Shown one piece after another: positions 20,798 to 30,446 of a stretch of 64,000 nucleotides of DNA. This DNA comes from Candidatus Poribacteria bacterium (GTDB lineage Bacteria; Poribacteria; WGA-4E; JAJDTR01), in the NCBI GenBank assembly GCA_965208765.1, contig OZ242354.1, positions 6,015,140 through 6,079,139 of the forward strand, given 5' to 3'. The notes under the pieces were generated by a model. The model did not search any database. It was not told the origin of the DNA and was given only the letters and a program-made list of their open reading frames with translations. Within the stretch, counting starts at the first letter, position 1. Each line of letters begins with the position of its first letter. The translations under genes were made by a program, and so were the position numbers.

Positions 20798-21601
20798 ATG
20801 AAAATCTCCAATCTCAGTATCTTCCGCCTCTTTGTCCTCCTCAGTTGTTGCACTCTCATGTGGGAGCGTACCGCGCCTGCACAGCTAAACTTCGACGGTG
20901 CCCTGGCAATTTGGTTGCTTGACGAAGGTAGAGGGGTCGATGTCGAGGATTTCTCCGGCAACGACAACGGCGGGGCATTTGCCCAGGGCAAACCCGAATG
21001 GGTGGATGGGAAGTTTGGAAAAGCGCTGGAGTTCGACCAGCAGAGTTGGGTAACGATGAACAACCCGGTGGTGACTGTGAAAGGCATGATTGACTTCAGC
21101 ATCGGATGCTGGGCGAATCCCGAGAACCAGCAAAATACGTGGACAAACATTCTCTCCAGCCACCAGGAACCGCCTCGCCGAGGATTGTCGTTTGAAATGT
21201 TCGAAAACCAAACCAACTTTTTTGGGATTGCATTCGGGGATGGGGAAAATTGGGCAGGCGGAGGATGGGCGCAACTAAAAGCCGGTGTGTGGAATCATAT
21301 GGTATTCGTTCGCACGGGAAATATGGGAATTTGGTACGTGGACGGAGAAAAGTTCATGGATGTCCGGTTGCCATCGGATAAGCCGGTTCAGGCTGCCACT
21401 TCAAACTTCCGCATCGGCAATTGGGTTCTCGGTACGAGGGAGTATAACGGCATGGTTGACGAAGCGTTTATTTTTAGCAGGGCACTGGAGGTCGAGGAGG
21501 TTCAATCCATCTACAAGAGAGGCTTCGAAAATGCCCAAGCTGTCACCTCGAAAGGCAAATCCACTACGACGTGGGGAAAGATTAAGTCGTGGCACCAGTA
21601 G
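20798..21601 (+). CDS. LamG-like jellyroll protein (copy 4)
   Basis: Paralog; ends KSTTTWGKIKSWHQ. Confidence 0.88.
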   Translation: MKISNLSIFRLFVLLSCCTLMWERTAPAQLNFDGALAIWLLDEGRGVDVEDFSGNDNGGAFAQGKPEWVDGKFGKALEFDQQSWVTMNNPVVTVKGMIDFSIGCWANPENQQNTWTNILSSHQEPPRRGLSFEMFENQTNFFGIAFGDGENWAGGGWAQLKAGVWNHMVFVRTGNMGIWYVDGEKFMDVRLPSDKPVQAATSNFRIGNWVLGTREYNGMVDEAFIFSRALEVEEVQSIYKRGFENAQAVTSKGKSTTTWGKIKSWHQ

Positions 21602-21835
21602 TCCGCAGCGGTTAGAAGAGCTGTTTTGGAGTTTTCAGTGTGGGGCGATGAAACGCCCGTCTTTAACATTTCATCAATAATAAAGGAGGTGTCAATCGGG
21701 TTGATTCATTCGTTACGTCTTCTCCGTTGAATTCCTAGTTGGTCCCCGCTAAACCTCTCGGAAGAAGCGAGTCTCGACGTTGCGAACGTTCCGAGATTGC
21801 CTACCATATGTCTGAATCTTCCCGGCGAAAAATCC

Positions 21836-22672
21836 ATGAACACGATTATTCTTAGAAGCATGTTTTGTGTCATCAGCCTGCTGTTGGCAAGTCTGACTTT
21901 GACAAGCCTTAGTTTCGCACAACCCTTCTTCAAAGATGCTGTGGCGATTTGGCTCTTTGACGAAGAGAAGGGGAAGGAAGTCAAAGACTTTGCGCGCAAC
22001 GATCATGATGGCGTGTTTGAAGGGAGGCCCGAACGCGTGCCTGGGAAATTCGGATTGGCGTTGGAGTTTGGCGGTGCGGATGAGAATCAATGGGTTGAAA
22101 TAGAACGCCCGGTGGTAGTGGACAGCGTCGATCTCACCATAGGCTGCTGGCTGAATCCGGGGACCCCTCAGCATCACCATGCGAATGTGCTTGCTGGCCG
22201 GCCGGAGCAAGATTCAAACCAAGGTGTTGTACTGGCGCAGTATGAAAACGCTGTCAATAGTTATCGGATTGTCATTGGCGGCGTATTCAACTGGCAGGGG
22301 CTGGGCAATCCTAGAAACTCGGTTAGGATAGATAACGACGTGTGGACCCATGTGGTCTTCGTGCGAAAAGGCAGAGGAGGAACATGGTACAAGAACGGCG
22401 AACCGGATCGCCCGAAGCGCGGCAATTTTCATATCGATCTGGGATCAGAAAAGCCTGCAAATCCCTCTGATGTGAAGTTCCGCATTGGTGTTTCAGTCTT
22501 TAATCCAGACCGGCGATATCGGGGCATTCTTGACGAAGCGTTTATCTTTGAAAGGGCGATGAGTCAGGAGGAAGTTCAACTTATCATGAACGAGGGACTT
22601 GAGGAGGCACAGAACGTCGAATTCAAGCACAAAGCAGCAACCGTCTGGGGTCGGATAAAGTCGCCTAATTAG
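21836..22672 (+). CDS. LamG-like jellyroll protein (copy 5, second subfamily)
   Basis: Signal peptide; IGGVFNWQGLG; ends KAATVWGRIKSPN. Confidence 0.88.
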   Translation: MNTIILRSMFCVISLLLASLTLTSLSFAQPFFKDAVAIWLFDEEKGKEVKDFARNDHDGVFEGRPERVPGKFGLALEFGGADENQWVEIERPVVVDSVDLTIGCWLNPGTPQHHHANVLAGRPEQDSNQGVVLAQYENAVNSYRIVIGGVFNWQGLGNPRNSVRIDNDVWTHVVFVRKGRGGTWYKNGEPDRPKRGNFHIDLGSEKPANPSDVKFRIGVSVFNPDRRYRGILDEAFIFERAMSQEEVQLIMNEGLEEAQNVEFKHKAATVWGRIKSPN

Positions 22673-22877
22673 TCGAATGTTCTCGTTCCCAAGCCGTCTC
22701 TGGAAGATACCCAATCCTCTGAAGTCGATCTTCACAATTGATCGGCTTCAGCGAATTTCTACGAGCCATGTAATTCAGCTAGTTTAATAGACTTCCAATT
22801 GGTGAGCGCCCAACCGTCTGGAAGAAGATTCTTGATAGTGTGCACGTATTTCTTAAATTATCTCGGAAGGTGATTTT

Positions 22878-23714
22878 ATGCATAGGATTATCGAAAGATT
22901 CACCGCGATTGCCCTCAGTGTATGTCTCGTAAGCTTAGGGTTCGCGGGTGTCGCCCATTCACAGAACCTCATGAAAAACGCGGTTGCAGTTTGGCTTTTT
23001 GACGAAGGCAGAGGCAAGGATGTTAACGATTTTGCCAGAAATAGCCACGATGGTAAGTTCGGCGGTAAACCCGAGTGGGTTCCTGGCAAATTTGGCACAG
23101 CCTTGGAATTTGAAGGTGAGGACAACAACCATTGGGTGGACATTGAACGTCCGGTAGTCGTAGACTCGGTTGATTTGAGCATCGGTTGCTGGCTGAAACC
23201 CGGCTCGCCGCAACTGCGGTTTCAGAATGTGCTCGGCGGCCGGCCGGCTGAAGACTCGGCTGACGGGATTTCTTTGCTGCAGTATGAAAACACCGTGAAC
23301 AATTATAGAGTTGCCATTGGCGGGGTGTTCAATTGGCAAGGGCTGGGAAGTCCCAGACATGTTGCCAGGCTGCTTACCGATGTATGGACGCATCTGGTTT
23401 TCGTGCGTGAGGGTCGAGGAGGCACCTGGTACGTGAACGGCGAACCGGACCGACGGAAGGTCGGAGAATATTACATCGATATAAAAAGCGAGAAACCCGC
23501 GAATCCGACTGATATTAACTTTCGCATTGGAGGCGCGCCATTCAACGAATCCCGAAAATATCGCGGTATCCTGGACGAGGCGTTCATTTTTGAGCGAGCG
23601 CTCAGTCAAGAGGAAGTGCAACGCATCATGAACGAAGGGTTTCAGGAAGCGCAACATGTTGACACCAAGGGCAAAGCCGCAACCGTCTGGGGAAAGATAA
23701 AGTCGCCGCGTTAG
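22878..23714 (+). CDS. LamG-like jellyroll protein (copy 6)
   Basis: Paralog of copy 5; ends KAATVWGKIKSPR. Confidence 0.88.
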   Translation: MHRIIERFTAIALSVCLVSLGFAGVAHSQNLMKNAVAVWLFDEGRGKDVNDFARNSHDGKFGGKPEWVPGKFGTALEFEGEDNNHWVDIERPVVVDSVDLSIGCWLKPGSPQLRFQNVLGGRPAEDSADGISLLQYENTVNNYRVAIGGVFNWQGLGSPRHVARLLTDVWTHLVFVREGRGGTWYVNGEPDRRKVGEYYIDIKSEKPANPTDINFRIGGAPFNESRKYRGILDEAFIFERALSQEEVQRIMNEGFQEAQHVDTKGKAATVWGKIKSPR

Positions 23715-24005
23715 CCCGATGTATCCGCCCCTAATGCTGCTGTTAAAAATTCTCAAAAAAATGGCGGCGACATTTGTTATTGACTGTTAACAGGATGTCG
23801 GGTGTGTTTATGTGTTAGGTCTGTTCCGGTTTATTATCAGTTGATATGCTTTGCCACACGAAAGAAGCGCATCTTGACATTCTAACCTTTCCATTCGAGC
23901 GCCGGCCGACTTCTGAAACTTCCCCTTGATGATGTCCGTCGAATCGGAATATCCATCCCATTCCTTGGTCGTCATTCGACCGATATGATCGCTTGATTAC
24001 CGGGT

Positions 24006-24905
24006 ATGCCATGCAAGAGTGCTGATGTGGAATTTGGTATAAGCAAAAGGCGTCGCAAAAAGGGGCTGTTTCTTCAATCACGCTCTAAAGTCACGCCATT
24101 CGCCATCGGTTTTCTGTCCGTATGTTTAATATGGGCAAACGCCGCCCATTCACAGCCGTTTCTGAGAGATGTCGTGGCAATATGGCTATTTGACGAAGGC
24201 GAGGGGAAGAACGTCAACGATTTCACCCGTAACCGCCACGATGGCGAGTTTAATGGACAACCCGAATGGGTGCCCGGTAAATTCGGAACAGCTTTGAAGT
24301 TCGCGGGTGAGGACGCTAATCAGTGGGTTGACATTGAGCGTCCGGTCGTCGTAGACACGGTCGATTTTAGCATCGGCTGCTGGATGTTACCGGGCGCGCC
24401 GCAGCACTGGCACCAGAATCCGCTGTCCGGTCGGCCCGCTGTAGCGTCGGATGAAGGGTTTGCCATTGCACAGTTCGAAAACGCGGTCAACAGCTATCGA
24501 ATGGTTATCGGAGGAGTGTTCAATTGGGCGGGGCTGGGTAATCCGAGAAACTCCGCCAGGTTGAAGCAGGATGAATGGGCACATCTAGTTTTCGTACGTG
24601 AGGGCAAGGGCGGAATATGGTACATAAACGGCGAGCCCGATCGCCCGAAGCGCGGCAATTTTTACATCAATATTGGAAACGATAATCCCGTAAATCCTAC
24701 CGAGAAGAATTTCCGCATCGGAGCCGCGTCATTTGATGACTTGCGGCGTTACCGCGGTATTCTTGACGAGGCGTTTGTATTTGAACGAGCGCTGAATCAA
24801 GAGGATGTTCAACGAATTATGAACGAAGGATTTCAAGAAGCCCAGAACGTAGACCCCAAGGGTAAAACGGCAACTGTCTGGGGCCGAGTAAAGTCGTCGC
24901 ATTAG
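24006..24905 (+). CDS. LamG-like jellyroll protein (copy 7; start uncertain)
   Basis: Paralog of copies 5 and 6; ends KTATVWGRVKSSH. Confidence 0.82.
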   Translation: MPCKSADVEFGISKRRRKKGLFLQSRSKVTPFAIGFLSVCLIWANAAHSQPFLRDVVAIWLFDEGEGKNVNDFTRNRHDGEFNGQPEWVPGKFGTALKFAGEDANQWVDIERPVVVDTVDFSIGCWMLPGAPQHWHQNPLSGRPAVASDEGFAIAQFENAVNSYRMVIGGVFNWAGLGNPRNSARLKQDEWAHLVFVREGKGGIWYINGEPDRPKRGNFYINIGNDNPVNPTEKNFRIGAASFDDLRRYRGILDEAFVFERALNQEDVQRIMNEGFQEAQNVDPKGKTATVWGRVKSSH

Positions 24906-24976
24906 TCTGATGTTCTCGTTCCCATGCCCATCGATGGCGATTCTAACCTTCGTGCTTCATTAGTTTGAAACTAACG

Positions 24977-25014
24977 AACCCCATCTCTACACGTTCGAGG
25001 TGGGGTTATTTTTT
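24977..25014 (+). terminator. Intrinsic terminator closing the LamG array
   Basis: AACCCCATCTC-loop-GAGGTGGGGTT followed by ATTTTTT. Confidence 0.65.
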
Positions 25015-25043
25015 GTTCTGCCACAAATGAAAAGGTTGATGCA

Positions 25044-26936
25044 GTGGTGATTCGGGTGTGTCCAATGCGTCGAAACGATTGCAAAGTAGATAGGGGTAAA
25101 AGTATACACTTCGCGAATGTGTCGGTCAGGACGTTAGAGTTCCGTTTTAAGTTCCTAATCCTGATCCAGCTCTGCTTGATTTGCCCTATCTTAGTTGCCC
25201 GAGCTAGCGAGTCGCTCGATTTTACCGTGCTCGTACCTAAATACGAAGAGGCGGTTAGGGAGAATGAGTTATCGGCAGCCGCCCACATGGATCTGGGTTT
25301 CATCTATCTCGCGTTGGCGGCGATGGACCAAGCGACACTGGAATTTGAGGAGGCGCTTCGGCTGGATGCCATGCCAGTCGAACAATACTATTGGCTCGGC
25401 CGGCTTAGTTACCTGCGCACGAAGTTTGACGATGCGATCCCGCTTTTTCAAGCAGCGTTACAGTTGCGGCCGGACTGGGGGGAGGCGTATGCCGAGATGG
25501 GACTGTGTTACTATCAACTGCATCGGTATGATGAAGCGGAAGCCGCTTTCAAGCAAGCCCTCTCGCTATTTGCTTCGACACCTCCGCGACGCTTTAGATT
25601 TGCTCCACCCTCAATCCTTGAGAAAGATCCACATTGGGCTGATAAGGTAAGACCGCTGCCTCAAGGAAATATCGCATACTATCTCAGTCAAATAGCCTTT
25701 TCGCGCAGTCAATTTGAGCAATCCGCGGATTACTGCCGCCAGGCGATCGCGTCAGATCCGGATCTTGCCGAAGCGCACCTGCAGCTAGGTATGGTATATC
25801 TTCAAGAGAAGGAATTGGATGCGGCCGAGAACGCATTCCAAGAAGCGATTCGGATTGCACCTACACTGGCGAGCGCTCATTACCAGTTGGGATTGCTCTA
25901 TTTCAAACGCGGCAAGGTACAGGCAGCCGCGGCATCAATGGAACGATCTCAGGAACTCAACAAGGCGGAGGAGCGGGTTCTCGAAGAGCGCCTCGGGATT
26001 ATGCGAAACAGGGAGAAGGGACCCGTACTTTCCAACCTTGCTCGGATATTCCTGAACGAAAAGAAGATTGACGCCGCAATTCGAGAATATAGAAAGGCTT
26101 TGTGGCATGAACCGGAACTTGCGGAAGCACACAACGGACTCGGATTCGCCTATGCGATGCGCGGTCAGTTCGAGGAAGCGGTAGCCGCCCAACAACGGGC
26201 AATTGAGCTGAAGCCGGAAATGCCCGATGCGTATATAGGTCTCGGAATGGCTTGGCTGAAAAAGGCGGAGATGTCTCACAGTGCGGCGGACTATGAAGCC
26301 GCGCTTTCCGCCTATCGCAAGGCGGCGGCGCTAAGACCCGATCTTCCGGAGGCACTGCGAAATGTCGGCAATATCGCGTCGCGGTTGTCACGAGATAAAG
26401 AAGCCGAGGCTGCTTACCTAGCGTTGTCAAAACTTCAGCCAAATCTTCCCAGTGTGCACATGGCTCTCGGACGCATCTATAAAGCGCAGGACGATTTCGA
26501 GAAGGCCATTCACCACTATCGGGAAGCACTAAGGCACAATTCCAATCTCGTTCAAGCGCATCACAATCTAGGATTCATCGCAGCCCACCGCGAGAAATTT
26601 GAAGATGCCATCAAACATTTCGAGGCGGCGCTCGAAATTCGACCCGAAAGACCAGACACACATTATTTCATTGCGGAGGTCTATTTTCAACAGAAGGAGT
26701 TCGAGAAAGCGGAGCGGATGTATTTGCGTGCGCTGGAACTTGACCCTGCTTTCGCAAATGCATCAAAGCGCCTCGCACATCTTTACAATACACTCTCGCG
26801 TACGGCGTATCTGGAGAATGATTACGTCAGCGCCGAGCGGTCCATGAAGGCGGCGCTGGCTTTACAACCGGATAATGCATTCTATAAAGAACTGCTGAAC
26901 GCTATTCAGAAGGCTATCGGTGAGGAGGGAAAATGA
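25044..26936 (+). CDS. Tetratricopeptide repeat protein (start uncertain)
   Basis: More than 10 TPR units, e.g. AEAHNGLGFAYAMRGQFEEAVAAQQRAIELKP. Confidence 0.85.
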   Translation: MVIRVCPMRRNDCKVDRGKSIHFANVSVRTLEFRFKFLILIQLCLICPILVARASESLDFTVLVPKYEEAVRENELSAAAHMDLGFIYLALAAMDQATLEFEEALRLDAMPVEQYYWLGRLSYLRTKFDDAIPLFQAALQLRPDWGEAYAEMGLCYYQLHRYDEAEAAFKQALSLFASTPPRRFRFAPPSILEKDPHWADKVRPLPQGNIAYYLSQIAFSRSQFEQSADYCRQAIASDPDLAEAHLQLGMVYLQEKELDAAENAFQEAIRIAPTLASAHYQLGLLYFKRGKVQAAAASMERSQELNKAEERVLEERLGIMRNREKGPVLSNLARIFLNEKKIDAAIREYRKALWHEPELAEAHNGLGFAYAMRGQFEEAVAAQQRAIELKPEMPDAYIGLGMAWLKKAEMSHSAADYEAALSAYRKAAALRPDLPEALRNVGNIASRLSRDKEAEAAYLALSKLQPNLPSVHMALGRIYKAQDDFEKAIHHYREALRHNSNLVQAHHNLGFIAAHREKFEDAIKHFEAALEIRPERPDTHYFIAEVYFQQKEFEKAERMYLRALELDPAFANASKRLAHLYNTLSRTAYLENDYVSAERSMKAALALQPDNAFYKELLNAIQKAIGEEGK

Positions 26937-27179
26937 ATTAATCCTCCTTCGCTAGAATGGTGTGAATTTAGCTGTTACCAAGGCAGGTCGGTTGGGTGGT
27001 CAATTCACTCTTTGGATCTAGCTTGGTCTCCTGATTCAGCCGCTTAATCTATCCGCTCGTTTAATCCTCTCCTATCGGAATCAATTTTTCCCTTCCATTG
27101 CTGTCTAGATTGCGATAGAATTCGTCTTGAGTTTACTTCCGAAGATCAAAGGCTATCAAAGAGTCCAAGAGAAGTTCAG

Positions 27180-27452
27180 TTGAGACAGAAAATCCTTGTA
27201 CTTTACCTACATACCCCAAATTTGGATAGTTCCGTAGTTGCGTGGTCGATCTACGATGGAACCGACAAACAAGGACATACGACTGGTGATAGTAATCAGC
27301 CACCTTACAGCTCTGTTCTCCACGCCATGAAGGACGGCTGGAGGGTGATTCAATTTCCCCAACAGTTTCCGGCTTTTCCCGGTATGGAATACGACACGTC
27401 TTACCTTAGATTTGAATACATTCTCGAAAAACTGGAGGAGATGGATGGCTGA
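27180..27452 (+). CDS. Small hypothetical protein translationally coupled to PhyH
   Basis: 90-aa ORF whose stop overlaps the PhyH start (ATGGCTGA); YSSVLHAMKDGWRVIQ. Confidence 0.7.
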   Translation: MRQKILVLYLHTPNLDSSVVAWSIYDGTDKQGHTTGDSNQPPYSSVLHAMKDGWRVIQFPQQFPAFPGMEYDTSYLRFEYILEKLEEMDG

Positions 27453-28263
27453 CGAACGATACTTGCTCAATTCCAAGCAGATGGCGAATTTCGTATCAGA
27501 CGGGTACCTACGTTTCGACGAGCTGGTGCCGGCGGAGTTGAACGAAGCCGCCCATGCCGAGATGGAGGCTGGCGGGATCGCGACGAAGGGGGCTGGAACC
27601 ATCCTGGATGATACATGGTCGGAAGATTCGGCTGTCGGAGATGTCTTTCGTCTACCCGAGATTCGCGGGATAATACATAGTGTGGTTGGGCCAAAACCAC
27701 TTTACGATCACCATGCGGTTCATGTCGTACAGGCGAATCGAAAGAGTGGTCAGATATGGCACGCCGATGCCATCATCGACCTTCGTTTACATTTTGACAT
27801 TCAGTTCTTCTACTTTTGCCATGATACGCCGCGCGAGATGGGAGGGACGATGATACTTCCCGGCAGTCATTACCGCCGCGTGTGCGAAACCGATGTGGCA
27901 CGGTATCAGAACTTCTTGGGACAGTTGCCGATTGTCTGTAAAGCCGGGACGGTTGTGGTTGTTCACCACGGCATTTGGCATTGCGGCCAGCCGAATCTGA
28001 CCGATCAGACGAGGTACATGTTTAAGCTCAGGCTCAACCCAACCGTTCGGCAACTCTGTTTGTGGAATACTGAGGATATAGATGACCCGTCGATACCCGG
28101 GATTCTCAGTCGCAATCACGAATGGTACGGCAACGAAGTGCGATTAGAAATTGTCAATAGAATCAAGTTCTGGCGATTTTTGACCGGCGACAGCAAGTTT
28201 GATGTCAGCTATTGGCTTTCCCGTCTTGAGAACCTTCCCGAGAATGTCCTTGAAGCGGCCTGA
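27445..28263 (+). CDS. Phytanoyl-CoA dioxygenase (PhyH) family Fe(II)/2OG oxygenase
   Basis: F..DGYL, WHAD (HxD), GGTMILPGSH, IWHCG; GGAGG RBS. Confidence 0.88.
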   Translation: MADERYLLNSKQMANFVSDGYLRFDELVPAELNEAAHAEMEAGGIATKGAGTILDDTWSEDSAVGDVFRLPEIRGIIHSVVGPKPLYDHHAVHVVQANRKSGQIWHADAIIDLRLHFDIQFFYFCHDTPREMGGTMILPGSHYRRVCETDVARYQNFLGQLPIVCKAGTVVVVHHGIWHCGQPNLTDQTRYMFKLRLNPTVRQLCLWNTEDIDDPSIPGILSRNHEWYGNEVRLEIVNRIKFWRFLTGDSKFDVSYWLSRLENLPENVLEAA

Positions 28264-28420
28264 GCTAGTACCTAAGGTTTGAAAGCCGACCCAAGTTGCT
28301 ACCTATCGTAAGCGCTGAGATCTGTGCTTCTTTCAAGTGTTTGATGATTTGTTCGGCTACTATACCGCTCACGGGTTGGTATGGACGGGATCCCCAAGGC
28401 AGGATTGTCTATCGTGCTTA

Positions 28421-29467
28421 CTAATCGTTAGCTTGATCGATTTCGATTCGATCTCCCTCCGATAGGAGGCCTGCCTCATACACTTTCATGACTTCAAGCG
28501 CGAATTCCAGTGAGCCTTTTACGGCGGGTGTCGACTTCAGAACACAGTCGCAAAAATACCGCATCTCGTTGTAGAAGCCCTGCTTGAACAGCGCCTTGTT
28601 TTCCAAGGTGGCGACACAGTTTTGTGCCTCCCAGACGATAGCACCGCTATCAAAGCCCTCCGGTGCGTACGTCGTCGTCCGTCCAAAGTCGGGGATTATG
28701 CCGCGTTGAAGAGTAACGCTCAGATAACTGTCGATGACAACGTGGCAGCTACCACCGAAGAAACTGTACCTTTCCAGGGGTTGTGAATCAGCCAAGTGGA
28801 AGTTGCCGATGGCGCCGGTTGCGAACTCGAGGACGCACACACCTCCAGCGGGGTTCCCGCGGTGAACAGTCACCGCAGACACTTTGCCGCCAACAGCAAG
28901 AAGCAGGGAAAGCGGGTGGCAACCATTTTGCAACCAATTGGTGTGTTGAAACTCTCGGAGGATGTGCCTACCATTTTCCGGCAGGGTCATGGGGTAAACC
29001 GCCAAGGCGCTCACGAGCGGCGCGTAGGTTTCGGTCGAGAAGACCTCAATGACCTTTTCAGTGGATGGCATGAAGGCTTTTTTGAATCCGACGACGGCGA
29101 CATTGTCTTTGCGGCAACGAATCATCGTCTCAACTTCTGAAACGCTTAATCCGGGAGGTTTTTCAAGCCAGACGTTCAGACCTGCGTCAAACGCATCGCA
29201 CGTCAAGTCCAGGAATGTTCGAGGCGGTGTGCACAGAAAGACAGCATCCAGATCCTCGCTGTCGTACATTGTCTTGGCGTTGTCATAATATGCCGGCGCG
29301 CCGTATTGCGAAGCGGTAAGTTTTGCGCGCTGCAAGTCAATGTCACACACGGCGGCAAGTGACACGGGGAGGAAAGTCATTGTCGGCAGGATATTTCGAT
29401 AGGCATGCGAACCTACGCCGACAAGACCAACTTTCAGCTTCTTTTCGAATTCCCGTTGCTCATTCAT
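28421..29467 (-). CDS. Gfo/Idh/MocA family oxidoreductase
   Basis: VGLVGVGSH Rossmann motif; EKP motif. Confidence 0.9.
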   Translation of the reverse strand: MNEQREFEKKLKVGLVGVGSHAYRNILPTMTFLPVSLAAVCDIDLQRAKLTASQYGAPAYYDNAKTMYDSEDLDAVFLCTPPRTFLDLTCDAFDAGLNVWLEKPPGLSVSEVETMIRCRKDNVAVVGFKKAFMPSTEKVIEVFSTETYAPLVSALAVYPMTLPENGRHILREFQHTNWLQNGCHPLSLLLAVGGKVSAVTVHRGNPAGGVCVLEFATGAIGNFHLADSQPLERYSFFGGSCHVVIDSYLSVTLQRGIIPDFGRTTTYAPEGFDSGAIVWEAQNCVATLENKALFKQGFYNEMRYFCDCVLKSTPAVKGSLEFALEVMKVYEAGLLSEGDRIEIDQAND

Positions 29468-29972
29468 TTAAACTTCTCCGTGGTTCAAGTACGGTAGGAT
29501 TGGCGTGATTTACTCGACGGGATGCGCAAGGTTACGCTCACGCGCCCTTTAGGCATGTTGACTCGGGCAGCGACGTAAGAAGAGATAGTATAGTATCACG
29601 AAACTGATTAAAATGTTTAAACCAAATGTGGGTTCTGAAAAATAGATCTCACTCCTAAGACAGGAAAAATGCGAGGGAACGGAAAAGAAGGAATACAACA
29701 CCACCGTTCTAACCAAGAGGTGTATTGACTCAGGTTGGTAGTAGGTTTTGGGGGTTGACAATCAACATTGGCTGAAATCTGATTTACCGGATCATGGCAT
29801 TAGGTAAATGGTCTGCGGCTAGTTGCGGATGATGAGTTGACTAAGCTGCTACCTTGAGGCCCAATAGGATTCGTGGAAGATCCAAGATTTCAAGATTGAA
29901 CTTGATTTAGACATGTGTTAAACACATCCAGAGAAACCAGTTAGGGATGGCACAGGAAAAGAGGGAGGTCAT

Positions 29973-30365
29973 ATGGCTTCAGCAACGCTCACAGATGTTA
30001 ACGACGGTGAGTCGCTTCAATTTCCTTGGGGCGCGATCAAATGGCTATGTAACGATGAGATTGATTCGCAGGCTGAGATGACCTTCGGATTGGTTTTTCT
30101 GAACGTAGGTGAATCGAACCCAATGCATATTCACCCGAATTGTGAAGAACTCCTATATATAATTTCAGGGGAGTGCGATCACCGCCTTGGCGATGAAACG
30201 TTTCCGATGAAGGCGGGAACGATGATCCGAATACCGCGCGGCGTGAAACACAATGCGGTCAATACGGGCTGGCAACCGGTAACCATGATTGTGTGCTATT
30301 CCGCCGCGGATCGCCAAACCGTTTTTTGCGATGAAGACGGGACCACGCCGTCAGCTAATGGGTGA
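29973..30365 (+). CDS. Cupin domain protein
   Basis: HIHPNCEE and IPRGVKH cupin motifs. Confidence 0.88.
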   Translation: MASATLTDVNDGESLQFPWGAIKWLCNDEIDSQAEMTFGLVFLNVGESNPMHIHPNCEELLYIISGECDHRLGDETFPMKAGTMIRIPRGVKHNAVNTGWQPVTMIVCYSAADRQTVFCDEDGTTPSANG

Positions 30366-30446
30366 GAGCTTGGGAGAATGTACGGATTCTTCTTCCTGCT
30401 TTGTGATGAAGGCAGGTAGGCGGTCGTTCCACCGCCTGTAATTAGA

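Noticed and set aside
16819-24905. Diversity-generating retroelement acting on the LamG array
   Set aside because: No reverse transcriptase is in the window, and differences between copies are not adenine-specific.
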